From contig NIVC01001463.1 in NCBI GenBank assembly GCA_002269645.1, positions 186,001 to 250,000 on the forward strand: a stretch of 64,000 bases of DNA, written 5' to 3'. This DNA is from Macrostomum lignano. Taxonomy: Eukaryota. Within the stretch, counting starts at the first letter, position 1. Each line of letters opens with the position of its first letter. The position numbers and the translations under genes were made by a program. The notes below the pieces were generated by a model. That model did no database searches. It saw only the letters and a list, made by a program, of their open reading frames with translations, and was not told the origin of the DNA. Positions 37,383 through 49,179 of the stretch are shown piece by piece.

Positions 37383-39209
37383 TAATAAAATAATAAAAAC
37401 AGCAGATACTTAACCTTGACTGGAGACGTTAAGTGGGTTAAAAAATTAGGGAAAAATACATACCCTACCGGCCTACCACGTACTTAGAAAGGTATGATTC
37501 TTTTAAGACCTAGTCGTCATCGACTGAACACAGGCCATGAGCCAGTCTAAGTCTCGTGAATCAAGTTAGCTAGCTTCGGTAATTCATATAAAATAAATAA
37601 AATTAAAAAGCCTAACAATAGGTGCTCTTTTTCAAAAAAAATTTTCAAAAAAATTCACTAATGAAAAAGTTACTATTGTGACTTTAGTCAGCTAATATTT
37701 GTTATGAATTGTTATGATCGTTTTGTGTCTGTTTGTTAAAACAGAGTGAGTTTAATTTTTTTCGCACTACTGGTACTACTAACTTACTAATAACTACTAC
37801 TACTACTACTGCTGCTGCTACTAGGCCTACTAGACCTACTGCCTCGGTGCACAGTACAATCAGCACTGCACAGGAGTCCCATTTAAAAACTTGCTCTTGC
37901 TGTAGTACCCTTAACCATTGTAAAATGATGTAAAGGCGTGACAGTCAGGCCTATCCATCCTATCAATATCCTCCATCCATCCATCCAACGCCTTGGCCTT
38001 GCCATTCGTCAATTTGACAATAGATGACTTTGTCGCCTTTGTCGCCCTTTTGATCGGTTGCCTAATAGGCCTAGACATGATCGAGCCAAAATACGTCATA
38101 GCCTCTAGTACTACTACTATTTGTTCCTAGGCCTACTTAGGCCTATTTAGTTAGGCCTATTGATATAAAAATAGGCCTAATCACTCATTCACATTATTAT
38201 CAATATTTAATTCAATATATTTTCTTTCCAATAGCAATGTAATGTTATTGTCTAGGCCTATCACCTATGTTTATGTCATTAGTGATAAGTCTGTATAAGT
38301 CTAGGAAAATAATTCTAAGGCCTAGGAAAGGCAAAGCCTAAGGCCTATCCGATAATGATAAATTTATTTAAAATATTATATCTTAATATGCAAAATAGCA
38401 GCAATTATAGTCTTTTACTCCTGAATATTTTATACATTGGAAAATCCTAGCATACAACAGACAAAAATGGTTGGCATAAACTTAAACTAGGGCCTATCCA
38501 GTATATAGAAAATTGCACCATAGAGCCAGCATATAGTCTAGGTTTATTTTTTGTGCACAGAGTGTGCATATGGCACCTTAAATTTTAAAATTGCACCTTG
38601 AAATTGAAAAGTGGATGCAGTTTAGGTGCGGTCTCATAACCTATTTTTCCATTGAAGCCTTATTTGTACTACCTTAAAAATAAGAAAAAAAGATAAATTG
38701 CACTTTGAGCCTGAAAATTGCACCTTGAAATTGAGCATAAAGTGCAATTTTGCACCTTGTCTCTGGTAAAAAATAAATCCCTGCATTGGTTAGGGAATTC
38801 CTACCTATTAGTATGCAAAAGATTAAAAAACCATTATATTGTTGCAATACAAAAATGTCTTTTATTGTTGCAATACTTTTCTAATAATGTATGGCATAGA
38901 TATCACAAGTAATAAGGTGTCATTTTAAAAAGAATAATCTGATCTATTGAACAAGTATAGTTTTGTACTAGCAATCTTCGCCCCCCAATGGGGGACATCT
39001 TGATAGAATCTTTGTTCTTTACAAATAACAAATAAATAGCAAAATAAAGCCTTCATAAAAAACAACAGACATTCCTTCTAAAAACAAAACATCCCAAGAC
39101 AGCAAGCATCCCCAGACAGCATTCAAACATTGATCCCCAAATAGCCTAGCAGAATGGGCGCCTGCGCCTTCCCGCTGTGTCCCCTCTAAGACAGCCTTGC
39201 AATTAAGAT

Positions 39210-40030
39210 CCCCAAATAGCAAGCATCTCCCAGACTGCAAGCATCCCCCAGATAGCAAGCAACCCCAAATAGCAAGCATACCCCAGCTAGCAAGTATCCT
39301 CTAGACCCCAGATAGCAAGCATCCTCCAGACCCCAGATAGCAAGCATCCCCCAGATAGCAAGCATCCCCCAGATAGCAAACATTCCCTAGATAGCAAGCA
39401 TCCCCCAGATAGCAAGCATCCCCCAGATAGCAAGCATCCCCTAGATAGCAAGCACCCCTAGATAGCAAGCTTGGGATGAACAAAATGCAAACAGCACTGG
39501 TAGCACCTTAAAACAAGGGGAGGATAAATGTACCAATATTATAGTGGCTGAAAAAACAGGGGGAGAGAAAAGGGGAAAAACAGCGCAACTGTACAAATGC
39601 ATACACACAAAACTGCACCCCCACTGGCTCAGATGTCGTAGCCGCAGTGGTAGCCAAGCCTGTACAGCTTTCTGACTGCGCCCTGCACTGTCGATGTCCA
39701 CCACTGTGAGAGGCCAAGATTGATACAAGCGCGTGCCACATCTAGGTCACCTTCAGTGATAAGCCTGCAGACCGGCAAGCCCATTTCATGCATGGCAGTA
39801 GCTACTGCAGCTGCATTTCAAATGTCGAAGGAGGCATCTTGCACGTGCGCATCTTCAGGTAGGACTATAACCGCGGGTGGGCGTCTACGCCAGTCTGTCA
39901 CTCTGCCGGCGGCGCCTACTTGTTCTTGCTTGGTGAACTGCTCCTGACTCGATTCAAGGTGTAGAGGTGCTTCTGCCGAGTTTCCCCCTAGATAGCAAGC
40001 ATCTCCCAGATAGCAAGCATCCCCCAGACC
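39210..40030 (+). repeat. 18-19 bp minisatellite (CCCAGATAGCAAGCATCC) in two blocks, 39210-39470 and 39985-40030, split by ~500 bp of unique sequence
   Basis: Direct tandem copies. Confidence 0.8.
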
Positions 40031-41150
40031 GCAAGCAACCTCAAATAACAAGCATAACCTGGTTACAAAGAGACCTTATAGATATCTAGTATAGTTTTGT
40101 ATAGATTCACTATGGAAAAAACAAACAAGCTCTAGTTGAAATGTTTGTCTTAAGATTATATCTTTACAAAAGTGCATTTCCTCATGTACAATAAAACTTA
40201 AGCTTAAAATGTTTGAGGGTTATAGGTATGCCTTACTAAGATGCATAACATTATTAAGTTTTTTTTTAATTGTAACAAAAATCCTACTAGTAGGGGCCTA
40301 GTATAATTTCCAAATAAAAAAAGATTGATTCTAAACTTGTTAGCCTACTAACAGTAGGATATGGGCATTTTTCTCCTTTTTATTTCTAGCCTAGCCTCAA
40401 AAATTCACCTATCCAATGCAACTTAGTTTTGTCTAGATTTGCAACTTAGTTCCTCCCGATTGCAACTTAGCTTCTCCTAATTGCAACTTCGTTTTCCCTT
40501 TGTATATGACTTTTTTGCCTTTTTTATCTTTTCTTCTCTTTCTCTTTTTTCTTTTCCCTTTCCTAATTCCTTCTTCTCCCTCTTTTTTTTCCTTTTTTCT
40601 TCTTTTTTTCTCCCAATTTTTCATTTTTTTCATTTTCAATTTTGCAACTTACCTTGGCCTGCAGCCATTTTACCCGTCTGGTTTGGATGGGTTGGACAGG
40701 TGTTGGGCATATGTTTATATTGGTAGGATTTTCATAGCTACATGATTTTGCCATACTTGTGGTCATAATAAAATAGGCATGGTTATCGCAACTTTTAGGG
40801 TCATAAATCATTGCTTGTGAGCTTGTCTGATAGCCATTAATATAATTTAGATTAACATCCATATCTGCTTCTATAATTTATGCAACTTACTTTTTAACCA
40901 AAAATGCAACTTATCTATAAAAGAAACCTAAGCAAAAACAATGTAATTTTGGATAAATAACAGGAATAACTAACATTTTTTGGCTATATGTACCAAATAT
41001 TATATTATTATATTTGAGAAATTTATGCACATAAGCAAGCACTCATATATATTCCATATATATTCTATATATTATATATTATTATATATTATATTATATA
41101 TATTCCATATTATCATTATAGATATTATTATATATATTCCATATATTATA

Positions 41151-42038
41151 CAGTGTTGGGCACCGTTAATGAAAATCTTAACTTCCATTAATAGCAAAAG
41201 CGTTAGCATTAAAACAAAAAAATCTTAACTTTTTAGCTCCTAATTTCGTTAAGTTAACTGAAAGTTAACTGATAATCGTTAATAAGCGTTAATCCATTAA
41301 TGTTAACATAGAAAATACGGAAATCTTGCACGTTTTTTCCAAAACAGACTTCGTAATGCACATCTTTGCTATTCCATCTTTTTAGCGAAACACAGAGGTC
41401 ATCTAAGCTATTTGAAAGCTAAAAAAGTAATAAATAATCATTTTAAAAACTTGCATGCATAATACTACTAAAAGTAAAGCATATGGTAAAAAAAGTAACT
41501 TATTTTGTTTTGAAACTTAAAAGCTAATGACGAGAAATTCATAATTAAATACGCATAGGAAGGTTGTTTCAGTACCATTAGCAGGCGCAGCAGAAAGTTG
41601 CGAAAGATTGGGACAGAAGTGAATCAAAGCAATCGATGCTCACGCGCAAGAAATAAAGTTTCACACTATTTTAATTCATTATTTTAAAGTTTATTTGTAA
41701 GAAGTTGTTAATTACATGTATGTCTGTATGATCATCGTCATAAATAAAGAGATTATATTTAGGCATATAGGTAAGCTCAAATACGTTCGTAATGTTTAAA
41801 CTTCTTGTAAGACTTCTATTTTTCGTTCTTTCTTTGCGTCTTTGGTCATTGACATAGACACTACCGTTAACGATGAATTTATCATTAATTCACAAAATTT
41901 TTAATGCAAATTTGTTAATCCGTTAGTTCAAAAAAATCTTAACAATAGTCCGTTAACGTTAATGAAAAATCTTAACTTAACGCTTATTGACGCTTATTAA
42001 CGGATTAACACTTATTAACGGACTGGTGCCCAACACTG
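41151..42038. mobile_element. Non-autonomous hAT-like DNA transposon
   Basis: 14-bp perfect TIR CAGTGTTGGGCACC / GGTGCCCAACACTG with subterminal CGTTAA repeats; flanked by ATTATA on both sides (a full 8-bp TSD is not clean). Confidence 0.75.
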
Positions 42039-42333
42039 ATTATACATATATAATATATGTATTATATTTGTATACTCTTGTACTCTTGTATATATATATA
42101 TACAAGAGGAAGTCTAAAGTTGAATGTTAAAAAAAACAAGTTCAAGGCATGCACTGCATTCACTATGCTTTGTGTATATGAGTGTGAGTGGTAAAGTATA
42201 TAAATTTTACAAATATAATGCTATACTTGTTGCAATATTGTTTTAGAATTTTGTTTACATTGGTTGCAAATGACAAAAGTTATTGTTTTAAATCAGGTGC
42301 ATTTTGTAGGCCACCCTATACTATCATCTAATG

Positions 42334-42706
42334 CATGGGTCTCCAACCTTTTATAGGTGGCAGGCTACATTGACACATTGACAATTGGCTTAGGATCTAT
42401 AAGCTGCGTGCTTCCCTCTCCCCCCTTAACCCTTTTAACCTCCAACCCCTACATCATTTGCCTTGAACCTTATTGATATTAGCAGGCATTCCTTCCTACT
42501 CTTGACTATCTATATATTTATGTGCTAGGAGTGGCTAAAATAGCAATCTAAATGATTTGGGAGTTGCATATACTCATATTTTCAAAGGCTGCACAATAGA
42601 ATCTAATAATAGACTTAGCAGGCTACACATAATGTTAATGTAAACTACTAGAAGTTGCCGCAGGCTGCACAAAAAGGGCTCGCAGGTTGCAGGTTAAGGA
42701 CCCCTA
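42334..42706. mobile_element. Degenerate hAT (Charlie-like) MITE
   Basis: CATGGGTCTCCAACCTTTT ... GGTTAAGGACCCCTA, similar to the CAGGGGTCTCCAAC...GTTGGAGACCCCTG termini. Confidence 0.5.
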
Positions 42707-44910
42707 ATATAATCCAATAGTATGCAATGATTTTGTGATAAAAATATTATAGCATCTTGATTTTTAAGATTGCATTTTCAAATTAGATTTTAAATGCAAT
42801 TTTTCATCTTAGTTAGTTTTTTATATAACAGGAATATAATATTTTGACTTTCCAAATTACATCTTAAATTAGACTTTGAATATGATTTTGAATCTTAGTA
42901 ATAGCAAAAAACCTAGCTACTAAAGGACAAAGCAACTTTTTGATAGATAAATCAAAGATAGGTCCTAGTTCATTCAACATTTAATAATTAAATTGGCCAT
43001 TATCAATTTGGCCAAACATGAGATAAATTAATTGGCTAGTTGATAAATAAATATATATAATCAACTATGCAACCTATATCATGCATGCTTGATGTTTATT
43101 CTTATTAAGCAAATGAGATATTTTGGATGCCATGGCATTCCTGCACTATAAACCCTAGGAGTCCAAAGAGGTGTGATAGAAGTATATATATTAGGGTTAG
43201 TAGCATTGCTACATTTAGACTCTAAAGGACAAAATATAATAAAGGTCAAAAGAAGTTTAATAGGGGGTTGTATGTTTGTATGTTAGGGTCCATATGTTGG
43301 GGTCTGAAGCATTGCTATATATGAACCTTATATTTGATTGCATTTGCATTTGAAAAGTAAAAGTTGTATATAAGCTACTTATTTATTAAATTGACAATTT
43401 ATATCATAGGGTGCACCTCAAGGTGGTTAGATAGGGTCAGCCTCGGGACAAAAGGGAAAGTCCAAAACTCAGAAAAGTTCAACAGGTAGTAGTAGCCCCA
43501 CTACCACAGTATTCTTAGTACAATTCTAATGAAATTCTATACCATTTACTAAAATGATATGCCAACTTTTACCTTCTTTTAGACTATGAATATGCAGCTT
43601 AGTATTCAAAAGTTTTGTAGAGTCAACACTTAATCAACCAAGAAGTAGGCAAAAGGCTGTTCATTAGAATGGAATCATTGTCATCACATTCATTGTTTGC
43701 TAACAGCTTGTAATACATGTAATACCTCTTTGTATCTTGCCTTTGCCACATATGTTTGAGTACATTTGAGTACATTTGAGTACATTTTGTTTGGTATCCT
43801 TTGGTACTTAAGGAAGCATATAAGCTGCCTTGTATCTAGAGCTATATAGCTGAATCATTAGAAAGGACTCTTGAAATAGAACATTTGACAGTGATAGTGG
43901 CTTGTACAATTCAACCTTCTCTCTAACAGTTTTCTCTTGGCAATGCAAGACTTGGTCAGTAAAAGAGGCTTTTCATGTTGTTTAATAATATTCAATTTCC
44001 ATTATGTAGAAGTTTTCATTTAGCCTAATTCAATAAGTTTGACTCTCAGGAACACATTTCACATCTCCAAAAAGATCTACTTTTGGCAATGTATTAACTG
44101 TTAACCATGGTCTTTTATTGGCATTACTAGGCATAATGCTGCACCAGATATAGCCACTTTGTCATGTGTCATAGCTATGCCAGAAAATGCTTGATCAATT
44201 ATTAATTGTCTGGGTTCCAGGAAAAAGAGCTCAGTATTGGCCTTACTAGGCTCTGGCAAACACAGATCTGTATTGGTGTCAAATCTATCGGATTTCCGAA
44301 TTTGCATGCCTTCAATAACAAAGATTTTGAGCTTTGCACAGCTTTGCAGAAGAAAGTCTTGCAATGAAAAAACTATAATAAGCTTCCTTTTCGACTTGTC
44401 ATAGTTGCTGATACAAAGCTGCAATGCAAAAGGATTTAGGTACCTGGAGTCTACTCAAACTAATATATTTGTACACAGTATGGTAGTTTTTATACTTGAA
44501 TAGTTTCATTCTCACTGGAATGTTAAAATGCTAGTCATGAATTTTTTAACAGAATACTAACTTCTTTCACGTTATTGGCAAACTTAATATGCTGACAATT
44601 AGGATTGTAATAACTGAGGTATTTAAAACTAAATGAATTTAGGTTTCAAAATTCAAAATCTCAAGCTGTCTGTGTCTGCATGCAGCAGATAGCTGAGTCT
44701 CAACTATAGATCTCATTTATCCCCTAGATAGGCCACTTTGTATTGTGGCAATAGAAAAAGCCGACATGGGTTGCTTAAGTTTTGAGCTCAGTAGTTTATA
44801 CTACTCACGTTTAGTATAATGGATTTAGGGACATAGACGCTATTTTTTAGAATTTGATAAACTTCTTATGAATTAAAAAAGCTACATGTAATCACACAAT
44901 CAAACTAAAA

Positions 44911-45468
44911 ATGATGCATGCACTGCAGAGACTACTGACGAAATCCAGTTTGAAATTGAGTTTTTCTCTGCATAAGAATCAATTTCAATCCAAAGTAGTA
45001 ATTCATAAGATTGCGCTGAATAAATCTGGTCTGCTCTCTACTCTGCATGCCAGTTCGCTACGAGTCGCCCTGGCGCAGTCCTCCAGCCCCAGTAGCCAGC
45101 AGGGCCAGCAGCCTGCCCGGTTCAAGGCTAAGAAGACCCTAGGCCAGCGCCAGGCTGAATCGGCGCATATTAAATGCCGCTTCCCAGCCAAGGTGCCAGT
45201 TATTGTTGAACGGTATCCGCGCGAGCGCTCGCTAGCTAGCTTGGACAAGGCTAAGTTTCTCGTGCCAGAAGAGCTCACCGTTGGCCAATTTGCTGCTATA
45301 ATTAGGCAGCGCATTCGTATCGATCAAAATCAGGCGTTCTACCTGTTAGTGAATAATAAATGCCTAGTTGCTATGTCAGCCACCCTAGGCCAGGTGTACG
45401 ACTGCGACAGAGACGAAGATGGCTTCTTGTATATGACTTACGCTAGCCAGGAAATGTTCGGTTTTTGA
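44911..45468 (+). CDS. ATG8-family autophagy protein, LC3 subfamily (LC3C-like); true N-terminus uncertain
   Basis: RFKAKKTLGQR, KVPVIVERY, LDKAKFLVPEELT, AFYLLVN and DEDGFLYMTYASQEMFG-F*. Lipidation Gly is followed by one residue; no intron within the domain. Confidence 0.9.
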   Translation: MMHALQRLLTKSSLKLSFSLHKNQFQSKVVIHKIALNKSGLLSTLHASSLRVALAQSSSPSSQQGQQPARFKAKKTLGQRQAESAHIKCRFPAKVPVIVERYPRERSLASLDKAKFLVPEELTVGQFAAIIRQRIRIDQNQAFYLLVNNKCLVAMSATLGQVYDCDRDEDGFLYMTYASQEMFGF

Positions 45469-46974
45469 TCTATATTTACTGTGTATTAATATTATATACT
45501 GTTGCGTGTGTGCAGATTAGCAGATTCTAATCCCGTTGTCTTAGTGTGAGCAGGTTTAACATTTGAGAACCCAGTCAGTCTGAATAATAGAAGTAGATTA
45601 TTGTAAGCACTAGTCTTCATAAGTCATAACAAGACTATGGCACCTGGCTCGTCTAAGTCAGGTGTTGGCAAACTTTTGTACCTCGAGGGCTGGATAAGAA
45701 TCTAGCTCACGGCTGCAGGCCATCTGAGAGAGGAAAACAGGTATAGAAGAGAGGGAATGGATGGATGAGAGATGAAAAAGTGAGAGTGAAAAAAAGAGAT
45801 AAGAGAGAGAGAGAGAGAGCTGAGAAGAGAAGAGACAACACAAACCTTGAGCAGACTGTATTGCTATTGTGAAGTCTCGAAAGACTCCGAGTGTCGTTGT
45901 AGGCCTTCATGTTTGCCAATCACTGATCTAAGCCAACGGGAATCTCAGCACTATTACATTCGTGTACTGTACATATTCGTGCTTGTCGTTAGGGTTTTTC
46001 TGCATGGACAAATCCATTTTTTGTAACTTTATATAACTCTACTGATTATTTTTGTAGTTCACTATCTTTACAAATCGATTACAAAAACTGCCAGTCAAAC
46101 ATTCGACAATAGATTTTTTAAACCGTAGTTTTTTTTCACAAATTTACCAATAAATAGTTTTTATACTTAGCCATTATTGCCTGCGCTTTGTTTTCGTGCA
46201 TAATAATTTTTAAGATAAATTTAGATAATGCAAACATTATTAAACTGTATAGTATATAATTATTCTGATGGTATTAGCGAGAAAGCTCACAGTTAAATTC
46301 CATGCCTCATTCAAGGTAAGCCAGATAGTTTTTTTGAACTATATTGCGCCATTTTCAATTTTTATTACGTTTATAATATAATAAAATTGCATGATTTCTT
46401 GTCTTATTTGGGTGCCTACTACTGCTAACACTACTGACTACTATTCTAAGTTGCTTTTGAATTGCTTTCCGTTTTATTTTAGTTTGTTAAAGTTTATAAG
46501 TTAATAAATAAACAGGATAGAAATGTTGTAACGCATTCAATTCTCTTGATTATTTTGCTATGAATTTTATGGTTATTTTATATTTACTTGAGAACAAAAA
46601 GATAATTTAAGACTGTATCAAACAGATAGAGTAGCTCGTAAGCCGTGTTCCTTTGTTTTACCCCTATTATTACAATTATAGACAGAAAATATTAATTATA
46701 ATTCAAATCCTAGGACTATACATTGGTATATATTTATACGCTTGTGTCAAGCACCCTGTTTTTTCCAAGCTAAATACTAGTTAAGTTGTGTATTTTTTAT
46801 TTCATTATAAGTATCAATTATTTTATTAATTCTCTGAACTTTAATACTTCTATCAATTGTTAGGTTTGAGTAAATCTGGAAACATGGAGTCTACAGACTT
46901 CTGCAACTTCTGTGAGTCAAAAAGTTCCAGTAATGTAAAGAGTAGGGCAGAGTTGCTGGTATTTTAAATTTGAT

Positions 46975-47690
46975 TTGGAAATCTTTGTCTGATGCCAGCT
47001 GGGATCTCGGCTTTTAATTTGGGATTTGGACATCTTTGACTGATGCCAGCTGGGATCTCGGCTTTTAATTTGGGATTTGGACATCTTTGACTGATGCCAG
47101 CTGGGATCTCGGCTTTTAATTTGGGATTTGGACATCTTTGACTGATGCCAGCTGGGATCTCTACTTTTACTTTGGGATTTGGAACTCTTTGACTGATGCC
47201 AGCTGGGATCTCGGCTTTTACTTTGGGATTTGGAACTCTTTGACTGATGCCAGCTGGGATCTCGGCTTTTAATTTAAGATTTGGACATCTTTGACTGATA
47301 CCAGCTGGGATCTCGGCTTTTAATTTGGGATTAGGACATCTTTGACTGATGCCAGCTGGGATCTCTACTTTTACTTTGGGATTTGGAACTCTTTGACTGA
47401 TGCCAGCTGGGATCTCGGCTTTTACTTTGGGATTTGGACATCTTTGACTGATGCCAGCTGGGATCTCGGCTTTTACTTTGGGATTTGGAACTCTTTGACT
47501 AATGCCAGCTGGGATCTCTACTTTTACTTTGGGATTTGGACATCTTTGACTGATGCCAGCTGGGATCTCGGCTTTTACTTTGGGATTTGGACATCTTTGA
47601 CTGATGCCAGCTGGGATCTCGGCTTTTACTTTGGGATTTGGACATATTTGACTGATGCCAGTTGGGATCTCGGCTTTTAATTTGGCATCC
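46975..47690 (+). repeat. 51-bp minisatellite (CTTTGACTGATGCCAGCTGGGATCTCGGCTTTTAATTTGGGATTTGGACAT), ~14 units
   Basis: Direct tandem copies; unit length divisible by 3 explains the repetitive ORFs. Confidence 0.95.
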
Positions 47691-47939
47691 TGAATTTGGA
47701 TTAAGGATGACTAATGGCACTGCGATTGTGACGCTTTAATAAAAACTATTTAAACAGGGGGAGAGAAGAAGAGGATAGAATAGATTATTAGAGAGAAGAG
47801 AGCTGACAGAAGACAAACCTTGAGCCCTGACTAGCACTAAGTAAGAAGTTAATTCACTGATTAGGAGCTTCTAAATGAGAAAGTGCTCAGCGTTAAAAGC
47901 GCCTCTAGCGCCACAAGCCCCCTGTCTTGCCTCATTTAG

Positions 47940-48105
47940 GGATTGTGTGGTGAGATTCACAGCTATGAAAGTCAAACCTCAAGGCACAGAGAGTGTACAT
48001 GCCTGACGATTAGACAGTCACAAGGGCCGCTGTACACTCTGTGTGAGCGTTGTGTACGAGTGTGTGCTCAGGAGTCTGCGGAATGGGCAGAATTGATTAG
48101 CGCTG
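47940..48105 (+). mobile_element. tRNA-derived SINE, family A copy 4 (5'-truncated)
   Basis: Body and tail match the 25-kb copy in reverse complement. Confidence 0.7.
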
Positions 48106-48377
48106 GTTGTAAGACGATGTCGCCAAAGGCGTTGCACCAGGGTGCCGACAGCCCTGGGAGTATTATTATCGATTTCGTATTTTACGAGCTAAGACCCGTA
48201 GAACTCCTTTTTCATAGTTAAATTTAGCTACAGTGTACATAGAATATTTGCTTCACATTTTGTTCTTACTACTCATTAGTAGGCAATGTGTTTTACACGT
48301 TGGCTCATTATCCGAGCTTGCAATCCCTCTCTCTCTCTCTCTCTCTCTTATTTCCGCAGCCGCTGCAGACTCTGACA

Positions 48378-48854
48378 ATGCAGCGGATTATCAGGCCGCT
48401 TCTCAACAGCTTTCAACTGTATACTAGTAGAGCGCACCAGCAACAGCAGTGCGGGATCCGCCTGCCCGCCCATATCGCTGCCACCCTTGACAACAGCGGC
48501 GAGAGCCCCAAGCGTCAGCTGGACCAATCAGACGCCATTGCCGTTAGCAACTGCGGCGGATTCGTCCTATGCTGGCATCCCAGTAAGCGACAACCCTACG
48601 ATTCCACTCTGCCTATGCCGGCTGAGTCTAGCAGCGTTGCCGAGTCGGAGTCCTTATCTGCTGCACCATTGAAGCCCAGCCTAGTCCGGCTCGCTGACAA
48701 TCGCGAACGATTCGGTCCCACGCTGGATGATTTAACGGCCGTGTTTCACAAGCCGATGCCATTCTTTAGGCCGTTTCCACAGAAAACTAAACGCGCCAGG
48801 CCATACGAGTACGCCGACGACCAGTCTGAGAGAACTCCTCGACGGGGACTGTAG
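48378..48854 (+). CDS. MRPL42: Mitochondrial ribosomal protein mL42/mS32
   Basis: Presequence-like N-terminus (MQRIIRPLLNSF); IAVSNCGGFVLCWHPSKRQPYDSTLPMP and GPTLDDLTAVF align with the ALT.DG.TIVCYHP...PYEHT.P.P and GP.IEQL..MF motifs of MRPL42. Confidence 0.75.
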   Translation: MQRIIRPLLNSFQLYTSRAHQQQQCGIRLPAHIAATLDNSGESPKRQLDQSDAIAVSNCGGFVLCWHPSKRQPYDSTLPMPAESSSVAESESLSAAPLKPSLVRLADNRERFGPTLDDLTAVFHKPMPFFRPFPQKTKRARPYEYADDQSERTPRRGL

Positions 48855-49179
48855 CTCTTATAGTTGCTTGACTCATAATTATTTGACTGATAAATTTGCT
48901 AGCTAACAAATTTGTACAATAAATAGTCTGTTATATCGTATTTAAGCTCTTACTCATTTATCCTTGAAATTAACGATTATACGTGGAAAGGGGTAGGTTA
49001 GCTCTCAGCAACTAAAGCTTCTGACTAGCTTTTAGAGATTTAAAAATGTTTTTTGATTTTTTGATAAATTAATCTGAGGGCTTGTCGTGCGAGTCTCAGC
49101 CCAATGTAGGCCAGTCACCAAGGCACTTATTGCTATTTATTGCTATCCCGGCTTTTTCTGAGAACTTGAAAAACAAATT

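Noticed and set aside
43600-44430. Decayed coding-like segment on the minus strand
   Set aside because: Multiple stops and no identifiable motif; cannot be assigned without a search.
46917-47720. TDASWDL-repeat ORFs
   Set aside because: A 51-bp unit divisible by three; no start context or flanking exons.
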